DNA from: Octopus bimaculoides
Lineage: Eukaryota
Assembly (NCBI RefSeq): GCF_001194135.2
Contig: NC_068998.1
Coordinates: forward strand, 52,381,480-52,416,589
Direction of reading: 5' to 3'
DNA: 35,110 bases
Below are positions 34,910 through 35,110 of this stretch, in pieces. Made by a program: the position numbers and the translations under genes. The notes beneath the pieces were generated by a model, which worked only from the letters and a program-made list of their open reading frames with translations, had not been told where the DNA came from and ran no database searches. The stretch's first letter is position 1. Each line of letters begins with the position of its first letter.

Positions 34910-35020
34910 ATGAAAGGAAAAGTCGACCTCGGCGGCATTTGAACTCAGAACGTAAATATGGAAAAGAAAAAGCCGCTAAGCATGTCGCCCATCATGCTAA
35001 CAATTCTGCCAGCTAGCAGC
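34910..35020 (-). mobile_element. SINE family C head
   Basis: gatgaaaggaaaagtcgacctcggcggcatttgaactcagaacgt...ccgctaagcat...tgctaacaattctgccagct. Confidence 0.85.
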
Positions 35021-35044
35021 CTTATTTAATAACAATAATAATAA

Positions 35045-35110
35045 TCCTTTATACTATAGGCACAAAACCCGAAATTTTGGGGAGGGGGCCAGTCGGTTAG
35101 ATCGACTCCA
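35045..35110 (-). mobile_element. SINE family C tail, runs off the window end
   Basis: taggcacaaaacccgaaattttggggagggggccagtcggttagatcgactcca. Confidence 0.85.

Overview
Repeat-dominated, AT-rich eukaryotic DNA from a gapped draft assembly. There are 15 N-gaps, most of them abutting (TA)n or (GA)n runs. No confidently identifiable protein-coding gene, rRNA, tRNA gene or CRISPR array is visible, and the supplied ORFs are almost all translations of microsatellites or N-runs. The repeat repertoire looks like an octopod (coleoid cephalopod) genome; this is recognition from memory, not a database search. About 30 copies or fragments of several modular tRNA-derived SINE families are present, labelled A-E here for convenience, plus a short decayed RTE-LINE endonuclease fragment. 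The most notable observations are: (1) two related minimal hammerhead-ribozyme-like motifs of the Penelope type with a shared non-canonical CCGAnGA core (18735-18770 and 21435-21470); (2) a ~0.9 kb head-to-tail array of ~110-bp diverged SINE heads that keeps Pol III B-boxes in register (24390-25285); (3) two motif-rich candidate cis-regulatory islands (tandem TCACGTGA plus Inr and YY1-over-ATG at ~18.0 kb; CRE plus CTCF-like plus CCAAT at ~19.4 kb); (4) a small coding-like island at 11.7-11.8 kb of unresolved strand. Repeat boundaries are approximate (about +/-15 bp).
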